Shown here: piece by piece, positions 28,972 through 38,323 of the stretch
Numbering within the stretch: position 1 is the stretch's first letter
Layout of the letters: the number at the start of each line of letters is the position of its first letter
Notes under the pieces: generated by a model
The model's database searches: none
The model's input: the letters and a program-made list of their open reading frames with translations, nothing else
Told to the model about the DNA's origin: nothing
Source of the DNA: Rhodospirillales bacterium
GTDB taxonomy: Bacteria > Pseudomonadota > Alphaproteobacteria > Rhodospirillales > UBA2165
DNA length: 64,000 nt
Assembly (NCBI GenBank): GCA_965221855.1
Contig: CBDCSV010000005.1
Coordinates: 355,577-419,576, forward strand
Direction of reading: 5' to 3'
Made by a program: the position numbers and the translations under genes

Positions 28972-29940
28972 TTGCGACGCGAGGTCAGTAGAGCGACTCA
29001 GCGGGTATCCTGGGAGCGCTACGCGCGTTTGACCCAGGCTATAGGGGTCGGCGAGAGCACGGCGGTTGCCTGGCTGGCGCGCTACCGACGGACGGGCAGC
29101 GCGGCGCCGGGCCGGATGGGCGGTTACAAGCCGCGTGCGATCCGGGGCACGCACGAGCGCTGGTTGCGGGACCGAGTGGCGCGGGGGGATTTCACGCTTC
29201 ATGGGCTTGTAGGGGAGCTGGCGGAACGAGGCCTGAAGGTGGACTACCATTCAGTCTGGACCTTCGTTCACGAGCAAGGCCTGAGCTTTAAAAAAAAACG
29301 CTGGTGGCTGGCGAGCGTCGGCGCCGTGACGTGGCGCGCCGCCGCGCTCAGTGGTTGAAGTACCGCGACCGGGTTGACCCGATGCGCCTGGTGTTCATCG
29401 ACGAGACCTGGACCAGGACCAACATGGCGCCGCTGCGGGGCTGGGGGCCAAGGGGCGCGCGGCTGATCGGCGAGGCGCCACATGGCCGTTGGAACACCGC
29501 GACCTTCCTCGCCGCGCTGCGCCACGACCGAATCGATGCGCCCTGGCTCGTCGACGGGCCGATCAACGGCGAGCGCTTCCGCATCTATGTGCAGGACGTG
29601 TTGGTCCCAACCCTCAAGCCCGGCGACATCGTCATCTCAGGTCACAAAGCGGAGCGACTGACCGAATGGACAACCTCGGCTCTCACAAGTCCAAGGCCGT
29701 GCGACAGGCCATCCGACAAGCCGGCGCCCGGCTCCTGTTCCTGCCCAAGTACTCCCCCGATCTCAATCCCATCGAGCAGGTCTTCGCCAAGGTCAAGCAT
29801 CTGCTCCGCCACGAAGCGCCGCGAACCGTCGAGGCCGTCTCAGCCGCCATCGGCAGGCTCCTCGATACCTATACCTCAAAAGAATGCGCCAACTACTTCA
29901 AAAACGCTGGATACGACCCAACCTAAAATCGTACCGCTCT
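28972..29940 (+). mobile_element. Degenerate IS630-family element
   Basis: orfA ending FKKK at an A9 run; orfB FIDETW, YSPDLNPIE; right end ...GTACCGCTCT; 29-bp insertion at 29637-29665 frameshifts orfB; left end not recognisable. Confidence 0.85.
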
Positions 29941-30135
29941 GGCCCTGTACGGCGATCAGCTCATCGGCACGGCCAACCTCGGCTTCATTCTCTTGGCCGG
30001 CCTACGAGGCCCTAGCGGAGACCACGGTGTTCGAGTAACAGGCTGCCTTTCCCGTACGCATCTGATTGCCCTCGCGGCATCAAATTCCTTCAACAAATCA
30101 AAGCGTTGAGGCGTTTCAGACCGGAATTTCAATCA

Positions 30136-30171
30136 AATGTCGGTCTCGGTGGTTGCGGGCCCCCGCAACCA
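30136..30171. repeat. att-like 36-bp direct repeat, copy 1 (palindromic core)
   Basis: AATGTCGGTCTCGGTGGTTGCGGGCCCCCGCAACCA, identical to 33755-33790; core TGGTTGCGGG-CC-CCCGCAACCA. Confidence 0.9.
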
Positions 30172-30212
30172 AATAAACCCCTGAAAACATTTATTCTTTC
30201 AGGGGTTTATTT
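30171..30212. repeat. Perfect 16-bp inverted repeat (10-nt loop) abutting the att-like site
   Basis: AAATAAACCCCTGAAA (30171-30186) / TTTCAGGGGTTTATTT (30197-30212). Confidence 0.9.
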
Positions 30213-30407
30213 GTTCTGGATTCCGGCAGATTTCTTGCGATCAACACATGGTCGACGCCGATGCGCGGACGCGGATTCGTGTCCGGCCGGTGTTGAGCAT
30301 TCGAGGGCGCGCGACGCCGTTGCCGAGCTTTTGCTCCCCTAGCCGTGTCGTCTTTGACCGAGTTGCTCGGGCAATAACGCGGCTCCAAACCATTGGGGAA
30401 GCTTTTC

Positions 30408-31091
30408 TTAGGACACGGTCATTCCGCCATCGATGACAATCGTTTGGCCCGTGATCATCTGGGCGCCTGTCAGCAGAAAAGTGATGAGTTCCGCCACATC
30501 TTCCGGCTGCACATGGCGTTTGATCAATGATCTGTCGAGTGCCGCCTGCTTCCGTTCCGCCGGCCAATCGGCTGTCCAGGGAGTGGCAACCTGCCCTGGT
30601 GCAACGGCGTTAACTCTGACATTTGGAGCAAGCGCTCGCGCCAATGATCGCGTGAGGCTTACAACACCGGATTTGGAAGCCGCGTAGGGAATACTGCTTC
30701 CCTGTAGGCCGAGGCCGGCGGTCGAGGCGGTGTTTACGACAGCACCCCCGGCTTCCTTCAACGCCTCCGAGGCCGCCTTTGAGACTCTGAAGACGCTGAC
30801 AAGATTTGTGGTAAGCAATGCCTGCCATAGTTCCTCGTCGATCCTATCCAGATCCGCGGGCGGAATAGGGTCTTTCGTACCGGAAATTCCGGCGTTGTTT
30901 GCGAGGTAATCAAGGCCGCCAAGGTCGGCCACGGCCTTTTCGACCATTCGTTCGGCAGGCTCCAGGATCGAAACATTACCGGGCGCGGCAATGACATCGA
31001 GGCCCTCGGCCTTGAGCCTCCCAACTTGCTCTTGCCCCGCAGGATCATCCTCCAAGTGGTTCATCGCGACCCTCGCGCCACGGCGGGCGGC
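30408..31091 (-). pseudogene. SDR lacking its N-terminal TGxxxGxG motif, truncated by an IS630 relic
   Basis: ARRGARVAMN...NNAG...YAASK...IDGG present; upstream sequence switches to IS630 orf at about 31092. Confidence 0.8.
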
Positions 31092-31620
31092 GCATGAAGG
31101 GTTGGCGACGGTTAATCCATGTCCGGCGCGCCGCTTTGACGTCAGAGCGTTCTTTCTCCGAGGCCAGCAGCGTTTTTTTATAGGTGAAGCCCGCCTTGCA
31201 CAGCAGTTTGGACAGATTCGACGGGTCGGCCGTGATGCCATGTTCCGCCTCCAGCCAGACCGCGAGGTTCGGCATGGTCGGTCAATTCGCGGAGCGAAAT
31301 GACCTTGTGATGTCAGGCTGAGCCTTCACCTTCTCGATAAGGGCGGCTCGATAGGGGACAAGCTTGCCGGACCCTTTCGGACGACCCTGCTTGGCCGGTT
31401 CAAGCATAGCGGGCCTGAACCCGCACCGCTGTCGACGGAGCAACCTCAAACTGCTCCGCAACCTCCTGACGAGACTTGCCCGCCGATATCCCCCGCACCA
31501 TACGTAAACGAAGATCAGTCGAAATCGCTCTGCCCATTACACCACCTCCTGGACACAGGGAATCACCATTTCAAACAAAAGGGAATCCCTAACGATTCAA
31601 AATTCACGCCCGAGGCTCTA
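31092..31620 (-). mobile_element. IS630-family relic (left end, broken orfA and start of orfB)
   Basis: TAGAGCC...TTAGGGATTCCC left end; MGRAISTDLRLR at 31537; GFTYKKTLLASEKERSDVKAARRTW; internal stop and deletions. Confidence 0.8.
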
Positions 31621-31737
31621 ACATCAATTCCGTCGGTTCGTTGTATGCGATCCCGGCGTTCCAAAAGCATCCTTCGTGAAAAATACGTTCGACACAACGC
31701 TTGCATGTTCGCGCATTTTTGTGCGAGATTGCCGGTC

Positions 31738-31950
31738 GTGAACGGGCGTGAGTTCATAGCGAGGGTGAGAAAGCTGGCGCGCAGGAACGGGATCGCGGTC
31801 AGGTTCGACCGCACGAGGGGCAAGGGCAGCCACGGGACCCTATATTACGGCGACCGGCATACGGTGATGAAGGACCGAAGGAAGCCTCTCAAGACCGGCA
31901 CGCTTCACGGCATGTGCAAGCAACTCGGCATCGACCCGAGCGACCTCTAG
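31738..31950 (+). CDS. hicA: Type II toxin HicA (mRNA interferase)
   Basis: GTG start; 70 aa, basic; RGKGSHG motif; LKTGTLHGMCKQLGI. Confidence 0.88.
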   Translation: MNGREFIARVRKLARRNGIAVRFDRTRGKGSHGTLYYGDRHTVMKDRRKPLKTGTLHGMCKQLGIDPSDL

Positions 31951-31962
31951 GGAGTTCCGACC

Positions 31963-32397
31963 ATGGCAACGCGCTACAGCTACCCCATCGACCTCCACAA
32001 GGAACGCGAAGGCGGCTATTCGGTCACCTTCCCGGATTTCGGCGAGGCGTTCACCGACGGTGATACGTTCGCCGAGGCGGTCGCCGAGGCCAACGATTGC
32101 CTTAAGGAAGCGCTCGCGGGCCGCATCGCGCGGCGCGAGGACATTCCGGCGCCGAGCCCGGCCGGGGGGCGGGTGGCGGCGGTGCCGGGCGCGGTACTGG
32201 CCGCCAAGGCGGCGCTCTATGAGGCTCTCCGCGAGCAGCGGCTGTCCAACAGCGCCTTCGCGGCGGCCATGGGTATCCAGGAGAGCGAGGTTCGGCGCAT
32301 GCTCGATCCCCGCCACGCCACCAAGATCGGCAGGCTGGAGGAAGCTCTGGCCCGGTTCAAGAAGCGTCTGGTGGTCACCGTGGAAGAAGCCGCTTGA
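31963..32397 (+). CDS. hicB: Type II antitoxin HicB with C-terminal HTH
   Basis: AGGGAG RBS; GGYSVTFPDFGEAFTDGDT..EA..EA.DCL; HTH ending RRMLDPRHATKI. Confidence 0.9.
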   Translation: MATRYSYPIDLHKEREGGYSVTFPDFGEAFTDGDTFAEAVAEANDCLKEALAGRIARREDIPAPSPAGGRVAAVPGAVLAAKAALYEALREQRLSNSAFAAAMGIQESEVRRMLDPRHATKIGRLEEALARFKKRLVVTVEEAA

Positions 32398-32574
32398 GCA
32401 TGAATCGGCGCCATCGGGGGCCTTGGCTCACTCCGTAGAGACGGTTTCGACGTTTGATTCCGGACCGGCGGATCGCCTCCCGTATATCCCGAGCATGTGG
32501 GGGAGCCCGTGAGAGGTGGAGCGAGGCCGCCCGCGTGGCATCGGGCGGAGTTGTTCGTCGAAAGCAAATGATAT

Positions 32575-32775
32575 GGGTTCAATGTAGGCGGCACCGATAA
32601 CCGCGTATCGACACTCGCAGGTAGAACAGGCGATTTTCAATCGCATGGGCTCGGCCGCCGCCGGCAAAGCGACATGTTGGGGCCCACTGTCAACTTTCAT
32701 GGTCATGGAGATGAATCTGTCGCGTGGTTGTCGACGATTCCAGCGATCAGCATCACGCCTGAGAGCGTTCCCCAT
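32575..32775 (-). pseudogene. Fragment of a Cys-rich hypothetical protein
   Basis: ...ISMTMKVD...EPMRLKIACSTCECRYAVIGAAY, then the sequence degenerates; looks like half of a zinc-ribbon pair. Confidence 0.3.
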
Positions 32776-32954
32776 GGGTTTCCCCTAACGCGCGGGGATA
32801 GACCCAATATCTTCATCGTGTACCCAATGGATTCTGATCCGCGAGAGGGCAATCGGTCTGGAGGTGTCCCGCGAAACAGTTTGCAAGCCTACCTAGCGGG
32901 CTTACATTGTCCTCCAAGACAACCCATCGGACTGCCGCCCAGAAAGGGATATAC

Positions 32955-33006
32955 GGGGTCCGATTAACATGACCCCAGGGACGCCTCGCGCGTCCCTGTA
33001 TTTTTA
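32955..33006 (+). terminator. Tandem hairpins with U-tract in the NYN gene leader
   Basis: GGGGTC/GACCCC (32955-32976), then 9-bp stem CAGGGACGC/GCGTCCCTG (32976-32998), followed by TATTTTT. Confidence 0.5.
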
Positions 33007-33020
33007 TGGTGTGACGCAAT

Positions 33021-33671
33021 ATGCCCGCTGACGCCCCCGTTCAAGCCCCCCGCCATCGAGTGCGTGTGTTCGTCGACTTCTGGAACTACACGCTGTCCAT
33101 GCGGGACGCCGACGCGGCGTTCCGCACGGACTGGGCGAAGCTCGGGCCGGTGCTCGCGCGCGCCGCAGCCGCAGTCGTCGATACCGCAACCGCGGGTGAG
33201 TATCAGGGGCTGAATTTCTATGGCTCCTACGACCCGGACAGCGACGGGGACCGAAAGCTCCACCGATGGGCGACGACGGTGGTGGACACGTTTCCCGGCG
33301 TAAGCGTGTCGATCGTGCCACGCCAGCGGAAGCGCTCGCCGCCCGCATGCCCCGCTTGACGCAGCGAGGTCGCCCAATACCCCGCCTGCGGCGCCGGCAT
33401 GAGGGGGACCGAGGAGAAGGGTGTCGATGTGCGCATGGCGACCGACATGATCAGCCTCGCCTGGGCGGACAACTATGACATCGCGGGGCTGGTTTCGTCA
33501 GACCGGGATTTCGTACCGGCGGCCGAGTTCTTGGAGACGCGGGGTATCAAGGTGATCCATGGGGCGTTTCCGCCCAGAGGAGCGCAATTGACGGCGCGGT
33601 GCTGGGGAAGCGTGAATATCGCCCAGCTTCGCGAGGAATTTCGTTTCACCCGGCCCGTACACAATACTTGA
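33021..33671 (+). pseudogene. NYN (LabA/DUF88, PIN-like) RNase with inserted zinc ribbon; in-frame TGA at 33357
   Basis: VFVDFWN, EKGVDVRMATDMI, LVSSDRDFVP, GIKVIH motifs; ORFs 33021-33359 and 33399-33671 share one frame. Confidence 0.85.
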
Positions 33672-33754
33672 CAGCTCGCGGCAGACAGGGCGCCGACTAC
33701 AAATCTCTTCGCAAATTCAGAAGGTTACAACGAATCAGATCGAGATTATCAGAG

Positions 33755-33790
33755 AATGTCGGTCTCGGTGGTTGCGGGCCCCCGCAACCA
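33755..33790. repeat. att-like 36-bp direct repeat, copy 2, inside the recombinase 3' end
   Basis: Identical to 30136-30171; here the palindrome arms extend to 12 bp (GGTGGTTGCGGG / CCCGCAACCACC). Confidence 0.9.
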
Positions 33791-33865
33791 CCTTTACCGA
33801 ACTCTTGTAACCATCAAGTTCCGGGCCTTGGTCTGGGAGGCTCAGCATGTTTGCGATCGCGCCAA

Positions 33866-34921
33866 CTAGAGCGTTTCATATTTTGACGGAAGCGTATCCT
33901 GCGTTTTTGAAGTAGTTGGCGCATTGCTGTGGCTCGATGGTGTCGATGAGGCTCCCGAGATGGCGCCATAAGTCGTCGATCTCCCGCTTCTGGGCGTTTC
34001 TCATCCAGTGCTTGATTTGGGCAAAGGTCTGCTCGATGGGATTGAGGTCGGGGGAATATTTGGGCAGGAGCCACAGCTTGGCTCCGGCGGCACGGATGGC
34101 GTTTCGCACGGCTTTTGACTTGTGGCTGCCGAGATTGTCCATGATGACGATGTCGCCGGGCACCAGGGTCGGCACGAGCAGCTGCTCGACGTAGGCGCGG
34201 AAGCACACGCCATTGATGGGGCCGTCGAAGACGCAGGGCGCGGTGAACCGGTCGCAGCGCAGCGCGCCGATGAAGGTCAGGGTGTGCCACCGCCCATGGG
34301 GGGCAAAGCCGCGGACCCGCTCCCCTTTCGGCCCCCAGCCGCGCAGCGGGGCCATATTGGTCCGGATCCAGGTTTCATCAATGAATACCAGCCGTTCGGG
34401 ATCAAGCTTTGCCTGCCACGCCTTCCAGCGCCTGCGATGGCGGGCGATGTCCGCGCGCGCCCGTTCAACGGCGAACAGGGTTTTTTTTAAAGCGCAGCCC
34501 TTCACGGCGCAGAAACAGCCATACCGTGCTGTGGGATACCCTGACACCCCGAGCGGCCAACTCGTCTCTCAACCGATGCAGCGTCAGATGCGGCTCCTGG
34601 TCGATCCGGCCGACAATGAACTCCCGATGGGGCTCAAGAACCCGGCGGCGGTGACCGCCCATCTTGCCGGGCGCAACACTCCCCGTCCGCCGGTAGCGCT
34701 GCGACCACTTAACCACGCTCGAAACCGCAACCCCAAACCGAGCCGCTACAGCGCGGCAACTCTCCCCCGCCAAAACCGCCAAAACAACACGCTCTCGCAA
34801 ATCAATCGAATAAGGTCTCGCCATGAATGCTGGCCTCCTTGCCCAGCATCCATCTTGAATCATGGTTCGCCCATACTTGGGAATCCCTAAAATGATTCAA
34901 TCAATCTCAAATACGCTCTAG
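33866..34921 (-). mobile_element. IS630-family element, copy C (transposase 33876-34824, frameshifted)
   Basis: CTAG-bounded; ORF translations identical to copies A and B. Confidence 0.95.
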
Positions 34922-35404
34922 GTCGACCCTGAAGCCGTCGGGCAGCGGCGAGACGACGACTCTTTCCACTAAGTTCCTTAGAACAGCAAGGGCCTCGTCC
35001 TTGATCGTCGGGTCACTTAATGAAGCATGGAGCGAGATGACCTGGCGGCGATCAAGGTTTGGGAGATTGGACTCTCGAGGACGCCGCGCTTGGTGCTCTT
35101 ACGATTGGTGCACATACCAACAACCGACGCCGAACACCAAATCGAGAAAACCCGCTACGGTACCGAATACGGACAAAAGGAAAAATGTCTGGGGCGATCC
35201 GCCAATGACCCAAGACGGGACCGGGCACCCGGTTCGGGAGACGATGCCGGATGGCCGTTTGGCAGACGTGCCGCCAATTTCAAACCTCCCGACAATGTAA
35301 AATTCCCGACATTCAATTCCGCCGGACGCGGATAGTTTCTCACGTGCTGCATCGGCTGGAGCTTGGTGAGGCATTGTCCAGATTACCCGCCAGAGGAAAG
35401 ATCA

Positions 35405-36337
35405 ATGGCAGATGAGAAGAAAGCGACGTTCGACGCCGGCTTGATCGGCCTCGGCAATATGGGCCAGGGGCTCGGCAAGAATATTTTGGAGAACGGGTTT
35501 TCGCTGGTCGTGCAGGACCTGAAGCCGTCTGCCGTGTCCCGGCTGGAAGAGCGCGGGGCGGTCGGCGCCATCGACCTGAAGAGCCTGATGAGCCAGACCG
35601 ACATCGTGATGACCTGCCTGCCCAGCATGAGTTCCATCGAAGCGGTTTACGACTCTTCGGACGGGATCATCGCCAATGTCCGGCCCCGCATGGTGATCGT
35701 CGACTTCTCGACCAGCAGTCCGGAATTGACCCGCCGGTACGGTGCGATGCTGGGAGAGAAAGGAGCCCAGCTCATCGATACGCCCATGCTCCGAAATCCG
35801 CAGGCGGCGTTCGACGGGACGCTCCAGCTCCTGGTTTCCGGACCTGACGACGCGATCGAACGCGCGAAGCCCCTGCTCGAGGCCGTTTCCGAGGAATTGA
35901 TCCCTTCCGGAGATCTGGGCAACGGCCACGCCATCAAGCTGATCAACAACGCGGTCACCATCGCGAACGGCGCGATCCTTTGCGAGACGTTTACCGTCGC
36001 CCGAAAGATGGGCATCGACCTGAACACCCTCAACCGGGTAATGGGCGTGAGCTTCGCCGCCAGCAAAAAGCTTCCCGATACGGCCCGGCGCCTGATCGAA
36101 GACGACCACAAGAATACCTTCTCCATCGACGTGTCGCTGAAGGATATCGATCTGTTCACCAAGCTCTCCTCGGAACTCGGCGCGCTGACCCCGATCGCGG
36201 AGGCGACGCGTGATCTGTTTCGGATGGCTTCGCAGTTCGGCTACGGCGACGAGCACAATACCCGTGTGGGCAGCGTACTCGCCAGGTTCGTCGGAACGGA
36301 CTTCGGGGAGGAAGAGAGCAAGAAGGCCAGTTCTTGA
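35405..36337 (+). CDS. Beta-hydroxyacid dehydrogenase (3-hydroxyisobutyrate dehydrogenase family)
   Basis: GAGGAAAG RBS; GLIGLGNMG, VDFSTSSP, GHAIKLINN, KDIDL. Confidence 0.88.
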   Translation: MADEKKATFDAGLIGLGNMGQGLGKNILENGFSLVVQDLKPSAVSRLEERGAVGAIDLKSLMSQTDIVMTCLPSMSSIEAVYDSSDGIIANVRPRMVIVDFSTSSPELTRRYGAMLGEKGAQLIDTPMLRNPQAAFDGTLQLLVSGPDDAIERAKPLLEAVSEELIPSGDLGNGHAIKLINNAVTIANGAILCETFTVARKMGIDLNTLNRVMGVSFAASKKLPDTARRLIEDDHKNTFSIDVSLKDIDLFTKLSSELGALTPIAEATRDLFRMASQFGYGDEHNTRVGSVLARFVGTDFGEEESKKASS

Positions 36338-36395
36338 GGGAGCCCAAGGAAGGCTGGGAGAATCAGGCCCCGCTCGGCGGCCCGCCGGACCGTCT

Positions 36396-37121
36396 CTATC
36401 GGAAATAGACCACCTCGCCGCCGGCGTGGGCCTCGAGCTTGTCGATGTCGGGGACATGGATGCGGCCGTATTCGACCTGGATCAGGTCCAGCGATTCCAA
36501 GTGTTTCAGGTGTTTGTTCACGGTCGGCCGGGTCGACTTGATGATCCTTCCCAACTCTTCCTGGGTGATCTTCAGGTCGACGGCCTCGACGCCGATATGT
36601 TCGCGCTGGGCAAGAGCCATCGAAACGATCGTCCGAATGAGCCGCGTCTCGATCGGGTTCAAGGCGAGGTTTTCTATGAGGGTGTAGGCCTTGCGCAGCC
36701 GATAGCTCATAAGGCGGGCGACCATATCGTAGAGGTCGGGGAAGCGATCGAGCGCGGCCTTGAAATCGTTGCGGTGGATCAACAGCAACTCGGTCTCTCC
36801 GTAGGCATAGACCTCGTTGGGGTTTTTCTCGCCATCCATGACCGACGTTATGCCCCAGACGTTTCCCTCCGTGAGGATGGAAAAGACATGCTCGACGCCC
36901 TCGACCGATGAACTCATGCTTCGGAGACCGCCACGGACGATGGTCGCCAGGTGCGCGGGAATATCATCCCGCGTCACGAAAAGCGTTCCGTCGGGGAGGA
37001 TTTTGACCGTCGAGACATGGGCCAGATGATCGATGACCCCGGCCGGCAGACCGGCAAACCAGTAATTGCCGGCGAGGAAACTCCGCCGGTTTTCCCGGCT
37101 ATTTGGCACCGCTTGATCCAT
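36396..37121 (-). CDS. Crp/Fnr-family transcriptional regulator
   Basis: cNMP-binding-like domain; C-terminal HTH LKITQEELGRIIKSTRPTVNKHLKHL. Confidence 0.9.
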   Translation of the reverse strand: MDQAVPNSRENRRSFLAGNYWFAGLPAGVIDHLAHVSTVKILPDGTLFVTRDDIPAHLATIVRGGLRSMSSSVEGVEHVFSILTEGNVWGITSVMDGEKNPNEVYAYGETELLLIHRNDFKAALDRFPDLYDMVARLMSYRLRKAYTLIENLALNPIETRLIRTIVSMALAQREHIGVEAVDLKITQEELGRIIKSTRPTVNKHLKHLESLDLIQVEYGRIHVPDIDKLEAHAGGEVVYFR

Positions 37122-37297
37122 CGCTTCCCTGTTTGTCGGCTGCCCAACATTTCGTTATCCCGATTTTGCCTAAAATTTTTGGGATTTGTAAGGGCCGGAG
37201 GAGGCCGCGCCGGGGCTCCGGCGTCGAAGACTATGGCTCCGCAATCGGTCCGGGCGCCCGCGAGGGGAGATACAGGGGAATTTTGGAGGCGAGACGC

Positions 37298-38305
37298 ATG
37301 TTTACAGCGCAACAACTGATCGAAGCCGGCAACAAAACCGTCGAATGGGCGTCCGGCCACCTCAACGAGGACGGCAGCTTCGGCGGCGTCGAGGAACGCA
37401 TTCTCGCCTATTACAAGGCGCCCATGGCCTTCGCGCTTGCGGGCCGGGCCGGGGAAGCCGCCGCCGTGGCGAACCATCTCAAAAACACCTTCTTCCAGGA
37501 CGGCGATTTTCATGCGGTGAAGGACGATCCGACCTCCGGCGGCTCGAAGAACTACCGCAACGCCTGGATCGGGCGCGGTCTCCACACGCTCGGCTTCTAT
37601 GACCTTTCGGTTCCAACGGGGGATTTCCTGGAATCCGAAATGGACGGGAAGACCGGCGGCGTTCTCACGACCTCGTCGGTCGAAGGCCGGGACCGCGAAA
37701 CGGACTGGGGAAACACCTGCTCCACGGCGATCGCGATGCTGGCGATGGGCCGGCGCGAGCCTGCCGTCCGCTGCGGCGATTTCCTCGCCCAAATGCTCGA
37801 CGATCAGGACGGCGGCGGCGAAGCGCTTTATCTCCGACGTGACAGTACCGGCGAAATCATCACGGACATGACCGGCCGACCGGCCAACCTCTATGCCGTG
37901 ATGATCGGCGAGACGGGCCAGGTGTACTGGTACCTGGGAATGGCGATGGTCGCCTTTGCCGGCCTCTACCGGTGGACCGGCGACGAGAAGTGGAAGACGG
38001 CCGGCGACCGGATCTACGACATCGTCTCCCGCTGCGACGACGAGGTCTACGCCATCATCACCAACGGGAAGGTCGCGTGGGGCGCAGGCGCCATGTTCGC
38101 CGCGACCGGCGACAGGAAGTTCGGCCAACTCAGCGACAAAATCTGGACGTGGGTGTGCGATACCCAGACGCCCGAGGGGGTCTGGCTGCGGCCCGGGGCC
38201 GAGACCGTCGCCGATCAGGCCCTTGACGTCTCGCTCGATACGTCGCTGGAGCGGGCTTCCTACATGTTCGATCTCGCCAAAACCCTGGCGGGCGGCGATT
38301 ACTAG
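37298..38305 (+). CDS. Hypothetical protein, probable (alpha/alpha)6 barrel
   Basis: ATG 37298; good high-GC codon usage; repeated QW-like motifs (NEDGSF, QDGDF, TQTPEGVW). Confidence 0.7.
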   Translation: MFTAQQLIEAGNKTVEWASGHLNEDGSFGGVEERILAYYKAPMAFALAGRAGEAAAVANHLKNTFFQDGDFHAVKDDPTSGGSKNYRNAWIGRGLHTLGFYDLSVPTGDFLESEMDGKTGGVLTTSSVEGRDRETDWGNTCSTAIAMLAMGRREPAVRCGDFLAQMLDDQDGGGEALYLRRDSTGEIITDMTGRPANLYAVMIGETGQVYWYLGMAMVAFAGLYRWTGDEKWKTAGDRIYDIVSRCDDEVYAIITNGKVAWGAGAMFAATGDRKFGQLSDKIWTWVCDTQTPEGVWLRPGAETVADQALDVSLDTSLERASYMFDLAKTLAGGDY

Positions 38306-38323
38306 GCAGGCGGATGTGGCGCG

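Larger units (their letters stand above)
33735..35250 (-). pseudogene. Large serine recombinase relic (C-terminal part), split by IS630 copy C
   Basis: Removing the IS and one CTAG gives RRQVISLHASLSDPTIKDEALAVLRNLVERVVVSPLPDGFRVDL|VGAIANMLSLPD...YKSSVKVVAGARNHRDRHSLIISI*; eroded zinc-ribbon-like CSASVVGMCTNRK upstream in another frame. Confidence 0.8.

Noticed and set aside
30150-30171. GGTTGCGGG palindrome as a tRNA fragment or CRISPR repeat
   Set aside because: No cloverleaf or TTCGA arm; only two copies 3.6 kb apart; no spacers or cas genes.
30408-31241. 277-aa ORF read as a complete SDR
   Set aside because: Chimera of out-of-frame IS630 sequence and an SDR that has lost its nucleotide-binding motif.
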